Below, piece after piece: positions 34,350 to 44,870 of a stretch of DNA of 57,488 bases (its first letter is position 1; each line of letters begins with the position of its first letter). A program made the translations under genes and the position numbers. Under the pieces are notes generated by a model. That model was not told the DNA's origin and did no database searches. It saw nothing but the letters and a program-made list of their open reading frames with translations. This stretch comes from a virus (Duplodnaviria; Caudoviricetes), in IMG/VR virus record IMGVR_UViG_3300049170_000057, positions 1 through 57,488 of that record; one strand, given 5' to 3'.

Positions 34350-35870
34350 TTAGACCTCCACCTCTTCTTCAATCTCCCTACCCAGCGTATCCTGCTGCCT
34401 CTCGATCAGCTGATTCTCCCGATCCACATCCTGAACAAATCCGGTCATTCCAACAGCCGTCTCTCTGCTCAATAATGGCTGTCCACCGGTAGCAGCAATA
34501 AGCATATCAACGGTTTCTTTATCGTCATTGATCCGGAATAATGGAAACTCAGGATGAAGCTGCAGGTTAGACGCTGGTTTCAACGATGTATCGATCGCAA
34601 CGCAGGCTGATACAATGAAGTTCAGCGACCGCTGGGTACATTCCCCGAACTGACCGTTTGTGTGCCTCATAGCGGCTAGATGAGCGTCAATAAATACCCT
34701 GTCAAAGCCGGTTCCTGACTTGACACCCAGATCAGCCATACCCTTAGTGGATATGTCAGGAGTTTGCGTGCAGGTGTAGATGAAGTTCACCAGGTTGTCA
34801 ATCTCCAAACGAACGGCCTCAGGTGCTGCATCCCAGGTGATGTACTTCAGGTCAGATGATCCTACTTCTTTACCCTCTCGGTCAATCTGAGGAACGACGT
34901 TAATCACCTTCGCGACTTCCCCACGAGCAGGCATGGACTTGATGATCCCTTTAGCGAACAGCACCGGTGATGAATTTGCATCAACCACATCAGCAAAGTT
35001 GGAAACTAACGTTTCAAGCCGTTCGATGACTGGCTGAACATCTGCCCACTCGGGTTGTGCCTGGCTGTAGTAGATGATCGGTAACTTACCGTAGGTGTAC
35101 TTGACTGCTTCCTTGAGTACCCAGATGCCCTTCTCCATTTCGAACTTAAGCACGCCGTCTTTGCTATAGATGTCCAAATGCTCCACCTCGCTATTATCTA
35201 ATGGGGTAGTCAGCTCAGCCTCAGGATTACTGAAGTCAATCATCTCCGTGAAGTCCCGAGCCGTCTTGTAGCCTCTACCGAAGTACACGAGCTCTCCGGA
35301 TCCATTGAAGACCGGAAACAACTTATCGCCCAATGATGGAGCCAGAATCTTCATACGCATGCGCTTTTTGCCTTGGCTGGAAAGCGTCCCCCAATACGCG
35401 GCGTCCACATCCTCACTATACCAAAGCTCAGCCACCTGCAATTCCGACATCATCTTCTCAGCGATCTCAGTAGACTTAAACTCCATCTTGTTATCATCTC
35501 GGCATTTCTTAACCATCTCCAGCAGACGAGCCTCAAGATTATTTTCTGGCTTAGCAACGATGTTCATATTGCCCGTATTCATGAAGGCAGCACGGCGTGT
35601 AACGATGAGCTTCTGCAAGGGCAGAGCAATCCGATTAACTTCCTCCTGGACCTTGCGTGTGGCCGGCACCGGCTCTCCGTTGACCTTGAGTAGTTCTCCA
35701 TTAGCATCCTTCTTAAACTCGCCAGTAGGAACAAGCCGTTCACGCTTCTTTCGCTTGCCACGATCAAATACATTATGCTGAGCAGGGTCAAGCTGCTTCA
35801 TGCTATCATTGGTAGGAAGGTTTGTTGCTCCCTGGGTTTGTACTAATTGGATTATTGCAGGTGTTCCCAT
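34350..35870 (-). CDS. Portal protein (SPP1 gp6-like)
   Basis: 506 aa after TerL; G.LPIIYY and KYITWD motifs. Confidence 0.88.
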   Translation of the reverse strand: MGTPAIIQLVQTQGATNLPTNDSMKQLDPAQHNVFDRGKRKKRERLVPTGEFKKDANGELLKVNGEPVPATRKVQEEVNRIALPLQKLIVTRRAAFMNTGNMNIVAKPENNLEARLLEMVKKCRDDNKMEFKSTEIAEKMMSELQVAELWYSEDVDAAYWGTLSSQGKKRMRMKILAPSLGDKLFPVFNGSGELVYFGRGYKTARDFTEMIDFSNPEAELTTPLDNSEVEHLDIYSKDGVLKFEMEKGIWVLKEAVKYTYGKLPIIYYSQAQPEWADVQPVIERLETLVSNFADVVDANSSPVLFAKGIIKSMPARGEVAKVINVVPQIDREGKEVGSSDLKYITWDAAPEAVRLEIDNLVNFIYTCTQTPDISTKGMADLGVKSGTGFDRVFIDAHLAAMRHTNGQFGECTQRSLNFIVSACVAIDTSLKPASNLQLHPEFPLFRINDDKETVDMLIAATGGQPLLSRETAVGMTGFVQDVDRENQLIERQQDTLGREIEEEVEV

Positions 35871-35874
35871 TTCT

Positions 35875-37230
35875 TTAAAATATTGATAGTGATTCGAGGT
35901 TGGATTCGTATGCAGGTTGTTCGCCCACGAGCTTGCGGAAAGCGTATCTGATCGGGTCGATAGTATGATCGTTACCGTTCTCCAATGGAATACCCGCCTT
36001 CTTGTCGTTCCACTGGTAATTTTTAAGTTCCCGCTTAACGTTGGAACTTTGGGGAGTAACTACTATCGTGTAGTCCTGTAATGCCGAAAGACCAGCGGTT
36101 ACGCTACCCGGGCCTTTCTCGCACTCGATAATGTTGAGACCTAACTCTTGAAGGTCTGATATCAGTCTATCCTCTGCGCTGTCCCCAACAATGAGGTCAT
36201 CAGGACGGGCAATCCGAGACTTATTAACGTGGTAAACAGCAGTAGTCCCCAAAGGAGTATTGCTGTAGTACTCTTCATCCACATAGATCCGCTTGGCCTT
36301 TTTATCAACAGCAACCTTCACAAGCGTTGTCGGATCCACGCTGAAACCGTAATCTTGACCATAGCAGTAAGGTAGCGACGTATCAAACTCTCCTTCTTCC
36401 CAGTTAGGCAGAATAACACCCTCGGCGATATCTGCCCATCTGCCAATGATCTTGTATGCGTACTTCGACTTATTGAAGCTATTTTGATAAGCCGAGTCGT
36501 AGCGAGCTTGAGAATAAACCCGATACTCGTCGTAGGCGGCCGCTTGTCCTGCTCTCTCTGCATCAGCAATAGCCTTCCTCTTCAGTTCAGCCACCTCTTG
36601 CAAGAACTGAGGGGCGAGATGATCAACGTTATCGAGGTATGAGGTATGTATATGAAGAACATCCGGATGCGTACTGATCTGGACATCCACTCCATCAACT
36701 TTGACCAGCTTGTGAGTATCCTGAATGTACTTCTTGTAAACGAAGTGTTCAGCATTCGAAGGGTTCATGATCAGAATAACCCGATTTTGAATACCCTGCT
36801 GACGAATAGAAAGGCGTAGCGTGTCAAACTCATCTTCACTCTGCCACTCTTCCATCTCATCACCAACGAACGTTGTAAGACCCTGAATCGACTTAAGGTT
36901 TGCGGTTTGGTTACCTGAACTGGTTTTAATCCCCCGGAAAAGAATCTCTGATCCTGAGAATTTGTTTATAATATCAGTCTGGGTAACGATAAACTGATTG
37001 ATCATCCCGTCCAGATCAATCTTTTGCCTAAACTCAGGGATAACCGATATCCCCGCAGAAGTCATCGTATACCTGCTATACAGCATCTTGTGCCCTTTCT
37101 GAAAGGATAGGCGCTGTACAAATGTGGAAGCGTTGAATGACTTACCAGAGCCTCGCCCGCCAGTAATCAGGATAATGAAGTGAACTCTATCCGTGTATAA
37201 GGGTTTATATGGAGGTTGGACAGTTATCAT
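35875..37230 (-). CDS. terL: Terminase large subunit (PBSX family)
   Basis: GGRGSGKS Walker A, DEMEE Walker B, G.DYGF..DPT and DH.IDP.RY nuclease motifs. Confidence 0.95.
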   Translation of the reverse strand: MITVQPPYKPLYTDRVHFIILITGGRGSGKSFNASTFVQRLSFQKGHKMLYSRYTMTSAGISVIPEFRQKIDLDGMINQFIVTQTDIINKFSGSEILFRGIKTSSGNQTANLKSIQGLTTFVGDEMEEWQSEDEFDTLRLSIRQQGIQNRVILIMNPSNAEHFVYKKYIQDTHKLVKVDGVDVQISTHPDVLHIHTSYLDNVDHLAPQFLQEVAELKRKAIADAERAGQAAAYDEYRVYSQARYDSAYQNSFNKSKYAYKIIGRWADIAEGVILPNWEEGEFDTSLPYCYGQDYGFSVDPTTLVKVAVDKKAKRIYVDEEYYSNTPLGTTAVYHVNKSRIARPDDLIVGDSAEDRLISDLQELGLNIIECEKGPGSVTAGLSALQDYTIVVTPQSSNVKRELKNYQWNDKKAGIPLENGNDHTIDPIRYAFRKLVGEQPAYESNLESLSIF

Positions 37231-37964
37231 GCCTGATCACCGGTATTATTTGCTTCAAGCCATTTCTCAGGGTCAACATTGCCGTTCATAGTCACGTCCA
37301 ACTTATCCTTGAACATGCTATGCATCCTGGCAATCTTCTCTTGCGCTGCATCAGCTGCGTACAGTTCTACCTGTGGGCCGTCCTTGGTATATTTAAATGA
37401 TTTAATTTTTGCATTCTCCTTATCACGGGCGATTGCAGCAAGATCGAGCTCAGCTGTTTCAATTAACTCCGGAGTGCCATCGACAATTCTAAATGCCTTA
37501 GGGTTACGTTTAAGCTCAAGCTTATACCGGAGCTTACGTTTCTCAAGATTATTGACATGAGCGATGTGAGCGTTCATTTCCTCCTCGTTCAAGTCGGCAG
37601 CAGCGGCATATTCAGCCTCGAAGCTGATCTCTTCCTCAAGCTCGTCAATCAGCTGTCCAAGGCCTTTTTTAACGCGTGGAACGTGTTCGGTCTTTCTAAG
37701 AACCATGTAGTTATTGACGTTCCCTCGCGCGATATCCCCGATCATTTTCCCGACTTGGTCAGGGGTAATTTCAGCTTCTTTAAGTCTACGGGCGACTTCG
37801 GCTTTTATATTAGGTTTTATTAAGTTCTCGCTAGCTATCTCAGCTGCCGAATTCTTACTATACCCAGCCCTTATCGCCGCCTGAGTCCCATTAAAATCAA
37901 TCAGGTACTCATCAATAAACTTTCTTTGCTTCAAGGTCAGCTCTGGCGTATTCTCGGCACTCAT
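37227..37964 (-). CDS. terS: Terminase small subunit
   Basis: LTLKQRKFIDEYLIDFNGTQAAIRAGYS. Confidence 0.93.
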   Translation of the reverse strand: MSAENTPELTLKQRKFIDEYLIDFNGTQAAIRAGYSKNSAAEIASENLIKPNIKAEVARRLKEAEITPDQVGKMIGDIARGNVNNYMVLRKTEHVPRVKKGLGQLIDELEEEISFEAEYAAAADLNEEEMNAHIAHVNNLEKRKLRYKLELKRNPKAFRIVDGTPELIETAELDLAAIARDKENAKIKSFKYTKDGPQVELYAADAAQEKIARMHSMFKDKLDVTMNGNVDPEKWLEANNTGDQA

Positions 37965-38386
37965 ATCAATCCCTCCTCTCTCAACTTCTCACAGAACTCA
38001 TTTACTTTACCATAGTATGCCGGATTCTTAACGCACCCTCTGGCCCGGTTCAGCAGGAATGATACAAGTGTGTTATTGCTTAGCTTCAGCACTTCGGTCA
38101 TCTTAAGGACGAAACCATTCTTTGAAAGGACAGCATTAGCTTTCAGCGAAGCAGGGTGATAGAGGTAGGTAGCTATCATGACGAACAACATTTTCAGATC
38201 GCCTTTATCCCGCTTCTTCCATCTGTATTCCGGGTGGCCGTATTCCTGAACGAAGCGATCGTAAATAGGCTGAAGCAAGGTAAGGTCGTATAATCTCGGT
38301 GTCGTATTCTCGATAGCTTCCCTTGCAAGCTCCGGATACATGCAGGAAATATACCTGGTAAAGTTGGAAAGTTGCTGTGCTGTCAT
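37961..38386 (-). CDS. Hypothetical protein (possible late regulator)
   Basis: Helical basic protein just upstream of terS; function inferred from position only. Confidence 0.5.
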   Translation of the reverse strand: MTAQQLSNFTRYISCMYPELAREAIENTTPRLYDLTLLQPIYDRFVQEYGHPEYRWKKRDKGDLKMLFVMIATYLYHPASLKANAVLSKNGFVLKMTEVLKLSNNTLVSFLLNRARGCVKNPAYYGKVNEFCEKLREEGLI

Positions 38387-38403
38387 ATTACAAATATACT
38401 ATT

Positions 38404-38790
38404 TTAAACGCCAACACAAGACGTATTTGGCTTGTTTGCAGCAGAAGATAAGATTTCGCCAATATGGTATTGAAATTCCTCACAAGAGCGCACCACATAA
38501 ACAGGGACACCATTCGATTGCCATACCTTGTGGATCTTATCCTGAATGGGCGATACATGACCTGACGCAGTTTTAAATTCGAAGCCATATGCTTTCCCAT
38601 CCCAAAGGAATATGATATCAGGGATGCCGGCTACTACACCGGAGGCTTTAAGCTGCATTCCTTCAATGGCGTTTCTTGAGCCGCCATTCGGAACATGGAA
38701 ACATAAGCCCCTTGTTTCAGGATGGGTATTGTGTAACCACTGGTAAGCTTCGGCCTGAATCTGAATTTCGGATCTGGGTTTGGTCGTCAT
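38404..38790 (-). CDS. VRR-NUC domain nuclease
   Basis: E..IQ, HVPNGG.R, GV.AG.PD and EFKT..G..S..Q motifs. Confidence 0.9.
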   Translation of the reverse strand: MTTKPRSEIQIQAEAYQWLHNTHPETRGLCFHVPNGGSRNAIEGMQLKASGVVAGIPDIIFLWDGKAYGFEFKTASGHVSPIQDKIHKVWQSNGVPVYVVRSCEEFQYHIGEILSSAANKPNTSCVGV

Positions 38791-38849
38791 GGTGCGAGGA
38801 ATTGATGCTCAAGCAAAGATAAGTACTATAAGCCATAATAAGCCACTTA

Positions 38850-39213
38850 TGACGCAAATGACAATCAGAAATTTCAAAAAATAGCATCGTCATGTTTGCG
38901 TCATGCTTTAAAATACTGATATTCTTATACTTATGTCAAAAATGACGCAAATGACACAAAAAATGCATAAACGTACGTGAGAAATGAAAACAGCAAACAG
39001 GGAGCGAGTATAGGTGGTAGACATGTACATATATGTATTACGTAATATTAGAAAGAAAATTTGCGTCATTTGCGTCACAAATCATTCAATGAACTGATTG
39101 TCTGATATTTACCAATGACAAACACATGACGCAAAGCATTTTCGACCATATTTTTGCGTCATGATGATAAGCATTTGCGTCATGGATTGGGTATATTTAG
39201 GGTATGACGCACC
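38850..39213. repeat. Iteron-like cluster (TGACGCAAA in both orientations), putative replication origin
   Basis: 8 exact copies (38850, 38895rc, 38943, 39060rc, 39069rc, 39127, 39153rc, 39174rc) plus degenerate ones in an AT-rich intergenic region. Confidence 0.75.
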
Positions 39214-40220
39214 ATGACAAACCTAAAGACAACAACCCCAAAGATCATCATTACGTACCTCAGGCTTATCTATCGCACTTTACTGATGACGAAGGGAAGC
39301 TCGCCACAATTGATTTGGAACTTTCAAAAGCTACAGGATACCATAGGGTAACAGGTGGGAAAAAGCCGAAGGGCATTGCATTTGAAAAGATGTTTTATCT
39401 TGTTAACCCCGATAGCAGCTTCCTTTCGGAAGATGTCAAAGGGATGCAACTAAGTCCGTATTATGTGGAAACTCAGGTTTTCAAAAGAATGGAAAATAAC
39501 TATTCAAGAATAGTTTCCCAGATGTTGAATCATGAAATAATATCTAACGAGAAAGCTATTATATTATCTGAGGCACTACTCCTGATGAAACTCAGAACCA
39601 AATACCACAGAGAAAGCATGAAGCCTGATGCTCAACGATTGGTGGACGAATTAACCACCAAATACATTACTAAGTTGGACGAATTAGATGTCGAGAACAA
39701 AGAGAGGAAGATAGAGATTGCTAAATACTATGCAATTAAACTAAAAAATGATCCAGAGTTGGTAAAGGAGTTACACGTTGGATCGTTACTTCATCGGTCT
39801 TTAAAAATGAATGGCCTTGAAAAAACAATACCGCTTTTTCTGAGACACTTAAAGTGGAATATTCTCGTTACTGACGACAATCATCAATTTATTACCACTG
39901 ATAATCCGGGGTACTGTATCGACCTTGATACGAACACTGTACAAAATATGAAGTTCGCTAATAGGTTCATTTATTGCCTGCCATTGAACCCAAATAACTG
40001 TCTAGTCTTAACATATAATGAGTTCGACATCGATTACATGAAATTTGGCAGATATAAGGAAGTGTTTAAACAACATGCATCGACTAAGCAAGTCGGAGAG
40101 ATAAATTCCTGCTCGCTGCGGCACATAGACAGGTTCATAGTATCAAAAAATACGGGCTTTTTGGAGGCAGTAATACCATTACTAAAAACGGTTACTTCAG
40201 CCAAAAAACCCGCTCATTAA
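39204..40220 (+). CDS. DUF4238 family protein (moron, possible anti-phage defence)
   Basis: N-terminal HHYVPQAYL..F, FITTDNP and LPLNP..CL motifs. Confidence 0.85.
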   Translation: MTHHDKPKDNNPKDHHYVPQAYLSHFTDDEGKLATIDLELSKATGYHRVTGGKKPKGIAFEKMFYLVNPDSSFLSEDVKGMQLSPYYVETQVFKRMENNYSRIVSQMLNHEIISNEKAIILSEALLLMKLRTKYHRESMKPDAQRLVDELTTKYITKLDELDVENKERKIEIAKYYAIKLKNDPELVKELHVGSLLHRSLKMNGLEKTIPLFLRHLKWNILVTDDNHQFITTDNPGYCIDLDTNTVQNMKFANRFIYCLPLNPNNCLVLTYNEFDIDYMKFGRYKEVFKQHASTKQVGEINSCSLRHIDRFIVSKNTGFLEAVIPLLKTVTSAKKPAH

Positions 40221-42708
40221 CTGTCCTGATTTCTTCAAATTCAATACCCTTAAACTGAAAATAAAGCTTGCACCAGCCATAGAACTTTTTGTTACTACAC
40301 CACTTCTTAACGTTTTGGTTATCTGCAATAAATGAGTTATAAAGCATAGGCTTTGAGAATGATCCTTTAGGCTCTGGCCCGTTCTCTTCGAACCATTCGT
40401 TCATATACTCATAGAACTCCTGACAGGTAGAAGCTATGAGGCGCTTTTCGGGTAAGTGTATAAGGTCCTGCTTAACCATTCCTTTGCCCAGGTAGAACTT
40501 TGCACACTCTGACATGAAGCTATCGAATAGCCCCCACTCCTTATCTGTCCATTCATCAAACAGCATCTTACCAAACTCATCAAGTGGTGTATACTCTTTG
40601 GTGTAATGCCTGGAAAGCTCTATTTCAAAGCGCCTACGGTCGTGACTGTTACCGTCGCCCCGTATGGCATAGTTAGTTGTAATAATGATCTTTGGAGATT
40701 CAGCAAAAGGAATATAGAAGGTTCCTTTGTTCTTCTTTTCAACCTCGATGCCGTCAGTTATGACACTGAACAGTCTCTCAAAATCAAAGTTCTTGTTGAC
40801 GTCTTCGAAGGCCATTATCTTGGTGTCCAGATTCACGCGCTGATATACAAATGACTTGTCGAAGCCGAAGGTCTTACCATCGAACGATATCGTGTTTTTG
40901 AAGTTCTTTATGCCCTTAATTAATATACCTTTACCGGTACCCCCTTCTGGATTGTCACTGATCACTTCATCATTGAAGATGATTGCAGGCGAGTAGGCCC
41001 CGTTCTTGTAGTCATGCATCAAATAGCCCATGGCTGAACATATCGATTGGTACCGGGCAGTATCCTTTCCACTGACATTGAAAATAAAGTTCTTAAAGTC
41101 GCAATCAGGATTCTCGGTATAGGTAAATGCTCGTGGGAGTATTTGACTATCCCAAATGTAACCTTCGAGCTCAGTGTATGGCCTCAGTAATATTGACGAG
41201 CTTGTCACTTCGACGAAACCATTCTGGTAGAAGACAGTCACCATATCTTTCTTGTCGCGCATGAAGCTAATCCTTGTCTCAGGAAGAAACTCAAGATAGT
41301 CATCTGCAAATGTCTTAGTCACATTCTGGGCAATGTATTGGTAGATGTCGTAACGGCGAATCGATTCCAGATAATCAATAACGATTTTCTTAAGATCAGC
41401 CTTATTGATTTCCTTTACCACGTTGTCAATTATCTGGACCAAGATCCAACGGTCGATAGTAACTCGGTACCGGTAAATCCCATTGTTCACCAAGAACTCT
41501 TTGAACATCCTTTTATCCAGGGTGATCTTATCGTCTTCGTCAACTATCCAGAATTGAACGAGCTTATTTTTTGCGGCGATGACAGCAGCGGGTGTGTTGT
41601 GAAAATCTTTATTCTTCTCGTCGCTATATTCTTCAATAACCCGGTCAGCAACTTCCCTTACGCGTTCAATATTAGCCTCAAATTCTTCTGCCAGATGCGA
41701 TAAATCGGATTGCTTAGGAGTTATACCCTTATGAACGAATTGAGTTACCAGAGCGCCCGTAATCTTGTCGTTTAATCGGTTCGAGTTGTTGCGCTTTATC
41801 GCGGTGTTGTGCTGTGAAGAATAAAGCTTGTAAATGCTTTTAACCGGACGAAGCAGTTTTTCATCGCTGATATCCGTCTGTGCACCAAACCGGCTTAACA
41901 CCATGTCTCGGCAATAAGATTCGCTCATGCCAATCGTATTACAGAATCCGGCCAGACACGCGACGTAGAAATGCTTGAACCCATCACTGAAGCTATATTT
42001 CGCATCGGCTTTCCGGATCGCTGCCTCGAATGCCTTTTCGCTATCCGCTTCCTCGATCGGCTCAATGTAAGTTACGGCCCGCTGCCGATTCTTTTTATTC
42101 TCCAGGTAGGCGGACGATGGCGTCTTAACCGGGATTGAGTCAAAGTCATCACGAATTTTAGCATTCTGATCGAACGACACATACCGAAGCCGACTTATGT
42201 CGTGGCAACCCTTATCAATGGAGATATAGAAGTTATCGTAAAGCTCATCTTTGATGCTGAAGAAAACGTCCTTGTGCTGCTCCGGATTGATTTTCACAAC
42301 GAAAGTCACACCTTTACCGGAAACACTTAAGAAGCAAGAGACCACCTCAGGCATCTCAAATAGCATATCCCTCAGATCTTCCCAGTTGTCTACCTCTGGA
42401 TTTTCCTTTGGGTCAATGTCGATATTCAAAAGGCCTGTGTGCTTACAGTTTTCGATCTTCCGGTGATTTTCTACATGCGCGGATATCGTGATAGCCTTTA
42501 GCTTACGACCTTTAAGATCCTGACGCTTCTCCGGATCCTGCTCAGCACGTATTTGCGAAACAACATCGTAGTAAACGCCGTCTCTAATGGCATACATCTC
42601 GGTATAAAAGTCAGTATCCTGAGGCTTCCATCCTGGTGCATATCTATTTTCTTTCCTCATGAGCTGAGGCTTGAATTCTGAAATTGGGATAAGTGGTTTA
42701 TTTGCCAT
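40192..42708 (-). CDS. Primase-helicase (VirE-N/BT4734-like N-terminus, C-terminal P-loop helicase)
   Basis: H.GL..IDID, F.S.SG.G, D..RL.YVS.D; GGTGKG Walker A; IIITTN; S.DRR. Confidence 0.88.
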   Translation of the reverse strand: MANKPLIPISEFKPQLMRKENRYAPGWKPQDTDFYTEMYAIRDGVYYDVVSQIRAEQDPEKRQDLKGRKLKAITISAHVENHRKIENCKHTGLLNIDIDPKENPEVDNWEDLRDMLFEMPEVVSCFLSVSGKGVTFVVKINPEQHKDVFFSIKDELYDNFYISIDKGCHDISRLRYVSFDQNAKIRDDFDSIPVKTPSSAYLENKKNRQRAVTYIEPIEEADSEKAFEAAIRKADAKYSFSDGFKHFYVACLAGFCNTIGMSESYCRDMVLSRFGAQTDISDEKLLRPVKSIYKLYSSQHNTAIKRNNSNRLNDKITGALVTQFVHKGITPKQSDLSHLAEEFEANIERVREVADRVIEEYSDEKNKDFHNTPAAVIAAKNKLVQFWIVDEDDKITLDKRMFKEFLVNNGIYRYRVTIDRWILVQIIDNVVKEINKADLKKIVIDYLESIRRYDIYQYIAQNVTKTFADDYLEFLPETRISFMRDKKDMVTVFYQNGFVEVTSSSILLRPYTELEGYIWDSQILPRAFTYTENPDCDFKNFIFNVSGKDTARYQSICSAMGYLMHDYKNGAYSPAIIFNDEVISDNPEGGTGKGILIKGIKNFKNTISFDGKTFGFDKSFVYQRVNLDTKIMAFEDVNKNFDFERLFSVITDGIEVEKKNKGTFYIPFAESPKIIITTNYAIRGDGNSHDRRRFEIELSRHYTKEYTPLDEFGKMLFDEWTDKEWGLFDSFMSECAKFYLGKGMVKQDLIHLPEKRLIASTCQEFYEYMNEWFEENGPEPKGSFSKPMLYNSFIADNQNVKKWCSNKKFYGWCKLYFQFKGIEFEEIRTVNERVFWLK

Positions 42709-42711
42709 TCC

Positions 42712-44196
42712 CTATGCTGCTTTAAATGTTCCTTTAATAATTAGATCTGCAAACTCAATCGGTTCCTCACTGATCATTCGCTGTTGAAAATCAACCCATG
42801 AGGATTTATATCCCATGAAGCTGGCGTACTGTGCGAGATAGCCAGCCGCTGACTGTTCCCTTGCGCGGGCGACGCGTGCCCCGTATGGTTTTTTATTTAA
42901 TGTCTTAGAATAGACGGATAGCTCATAAGGTGAAAGCTCAGATATTCGCTTACCTGCAAGCTGACTGTAGTCTGCGGTTATTTCGACCAGATCACCGATC
43001 TCAAGTTCCTTTTCCTGAATCGGAAATACCTCACCACAGTACTTACAGACCCGAACGCTGGAGGCGAGAATGGAGTCGCATTTCGGGCATGATTTTACTG
43101 GGCTTACTCCATCTTTTTCCTTCTTCTTTTTTGGTGCAGTATTCCAGAGAGTCGTAAAGTCTCTGTGTTCGAAGTATAAACCGTGCTCGCGCCAATTGTC
43201 TCCATAATCGAGAACCGTAAAGAAGTCATTTTTACCTGGAGATATCCTTGATCCTCGACCTATTTCTTGAAGATAAAGCGCAGGAGAAGTTGTTTTGTGA
43301 TTGAGTATTACTAAATCAATAGAAGGAAAGTCGAACCCCTTCGAAAGTGATCGTATCGAAACAAGTATGTCACACAGCCCCAGCTCGGTGAACTTAGCAA
43401 GCTCATATTCTGAGTTAGGAGTCTGGGAATGATAACAAGTAGAAGCGAAGCCGTTTTCAACAAGTTTACTATTTAGGTCCTCCGCTGCCTTTATAGAAGC
43501 TACAAAAATGATACACTTCTTAAATGGGACACTTCTAAGGTCGTCGAACAGGCCTGCGTACACCGATCGACTGGTAAATACTTCCTCTTGACTTGCTTCG
43601 GTATATTCGCCGTTTCTCATCTCCAGTAGTGTTAAATCTGCCTTTGTTCTTGCCAGATGTTGATAGTTACATAATTTGCCTAACTGTATTAGCTCGTCTA
43701 CCTGCGGACCGGGAACCAATTCTTTAAATATTACAGGAAGGTGCTTGGCATATTTGTAAAATGGTGTGGCAGTGAATCCAACCAGATAAGATGCACTAAG
43801 CTCATTTAATACATAGCAATGGGTGGAAATATGAACTTCATCAGCCAAAACAATTAGCCCATAACCTAACCTTCTGAATTGCTCCAATATCATAGGCCTT
43901 TTCCGGAGCGTTTGTGCCATGCCAACATATACATTGCCTGGTTTAATATACAAGGACTTAACACTAGCGTTGATTTCAATACCTCCAAACTCGTTAACGA
44001 GTTGTTTGTAGATCTTCCGGGTTTCTGAAATAACTAGGAATGTGTTGCCCTTTTTTAATCCCCGGTGAATCATAGTTGCCATAATTATCGTCTTACCGCT
44101 GCCTGTCGGAGATTGGACAACAATCGTCTTGTTTTGGGCCAGGGAGACGCTGCTCTTTTTTATAATATCCTCTTGATATGGGTAGGGCTGCTTCAT
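42712..44196 (-). CDS. Superfamily 2 helicase with C-terminal Zn ribbon
   Basis: SPTGSGKT, DEVH, TAT, Q.IGRG.R, CPKC..CKYC. Confidence 0.93.
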   Translation of the reverse strand: MKQPYPYQEDIIKKSSVSLAQNKTIVVQSPTGSGKTIIMATMIHRGLKKGNTFLVISETRKIYKQLVNEFGGIEINASVKSLYIKPGNVYVGMAQTLRKRPMILEQFRRLGYGLIVLADEVHISTHCYVLNELSASYLVGFTATPFYKYAKHLPVIFKELVPGPQVDELIQLGKLCNYQHLARTKADLTLLEMRNGEYTEASQEEVFTSRSVYAGLFDDLRSVPFKKCIIFVASIKAAEDLNSKLVENGFASTCYHSQTPNSEYELAKFTELGLCDILVSIRSLSKGFDFPSIDLVILNHKTTSPALYLQEIGRGSRISPGKNDFFTVLDYGDNWREHGLYFEHRDFTTLWNTAPKKKKEKDGVSPVKSCPKCDSILASSVRVCKYCGEVFPIQEKELEIGDLVEITADYSQLAGKRISELSPYELSVYSKTLNKKPYGARVARAREQSAAGYLAQYASFMGYKSSWVDFQQRMISEEPIEFADLIIKGTFKAA

Positions 44197-44197
44197 G

Positions 44198-44734
44198 TTA
44201 TAGGTATCTTAAGGATGTATTATTTTTTTGAGATCCGTTAAGTCTGCTTTTTAAGGTACTATACACCAATCCATTCTCTTCTGCAGCTGACTTGGCAGAT
44301 TGATACAATTTACCAGTGATTATATTTATGACTTTCTTTCTCCTGGCTTCAGAGGCTAACTCATTATTTGGAATGGAAAGTCCTGTCCGAACAGCATGTT
44401 GCATGTTCTCACTTTTCGTCACCCACTCAAGATTAAGGATATGATTATTGTCTTTATTCCCGTCTATATGGTTCACTTCTGGTTTACTCTGATTGTTGGC
44501 TAAAAAAGCGGATGCAACAAGCCTGTGTACGTAACAATTCCTTTCTTTCCCATCTTTTCTAAAATGGAAGTATCTATATCCTTTGCGACTTAATTTTCCT
44601 TCTAATATTGATGGCTGAACATATTGGGGGCCGCCATTAGACTCAATAACCCTCTCCAATGATTTTACTCTTCCATGGTTGGAAACTTGGTAGTAGCCTT
44701 CGTATCCTTCGATATCTTTCCAGAGTTCTTCCAT
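44198..44734 (-). CDS. NUMOD4-HNH homing endonuclease
   Basis: ELWKDIEGYEGYYQVSN.GRVKS; HRLVA..F..VNHIDGNK.NN...NLEW. Confidence 0.93.
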   Translation of the reverse strand: MEELWKDIEGYEGYYQVSNHGRVKSLERVIESNGGPQYVQPSILEGKLSRKGYRYFHFRKDGKERNCYVHRLVASAFLANNQSKPEVNHIDGNKDNNHILNLEWVTKSENMQHAVRTGLSIPNNELASEARRKKVINIITGKLYQSAKSAAEENGLVYSTLKSRLNGSQKNNTSLRYL

Positions 44735-44747
44735 AAATTTTTTAGAT

Positions 44748-44870
44748 AAAAAAGCCCATGATCAGGGTTTGGCCATCCACTGCCTCCCCCTAGTCATGGG
44801 CCAGAAAAGTCTTATTATTGCCGGTGGATGTTCGGCATATACAAATCTAACAATTTATCCGCCATTCAAT
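44748..44870 (-). promoter_or_regulatory. Promoter plus two-hairpin leader with complementary loops (copy B)
   Basis: TAGATTTG at 44842-44849; CATCCAC/GTGGATG; terminator-like GCCCATGA..TCATGGGC-T6. Confidence 0.65.

Noticed and set aside
38850-39213. CRISPR array
   Set aside because: The repeats are 9 bp, in mixed orientation and irregularly spaced; no cas genes
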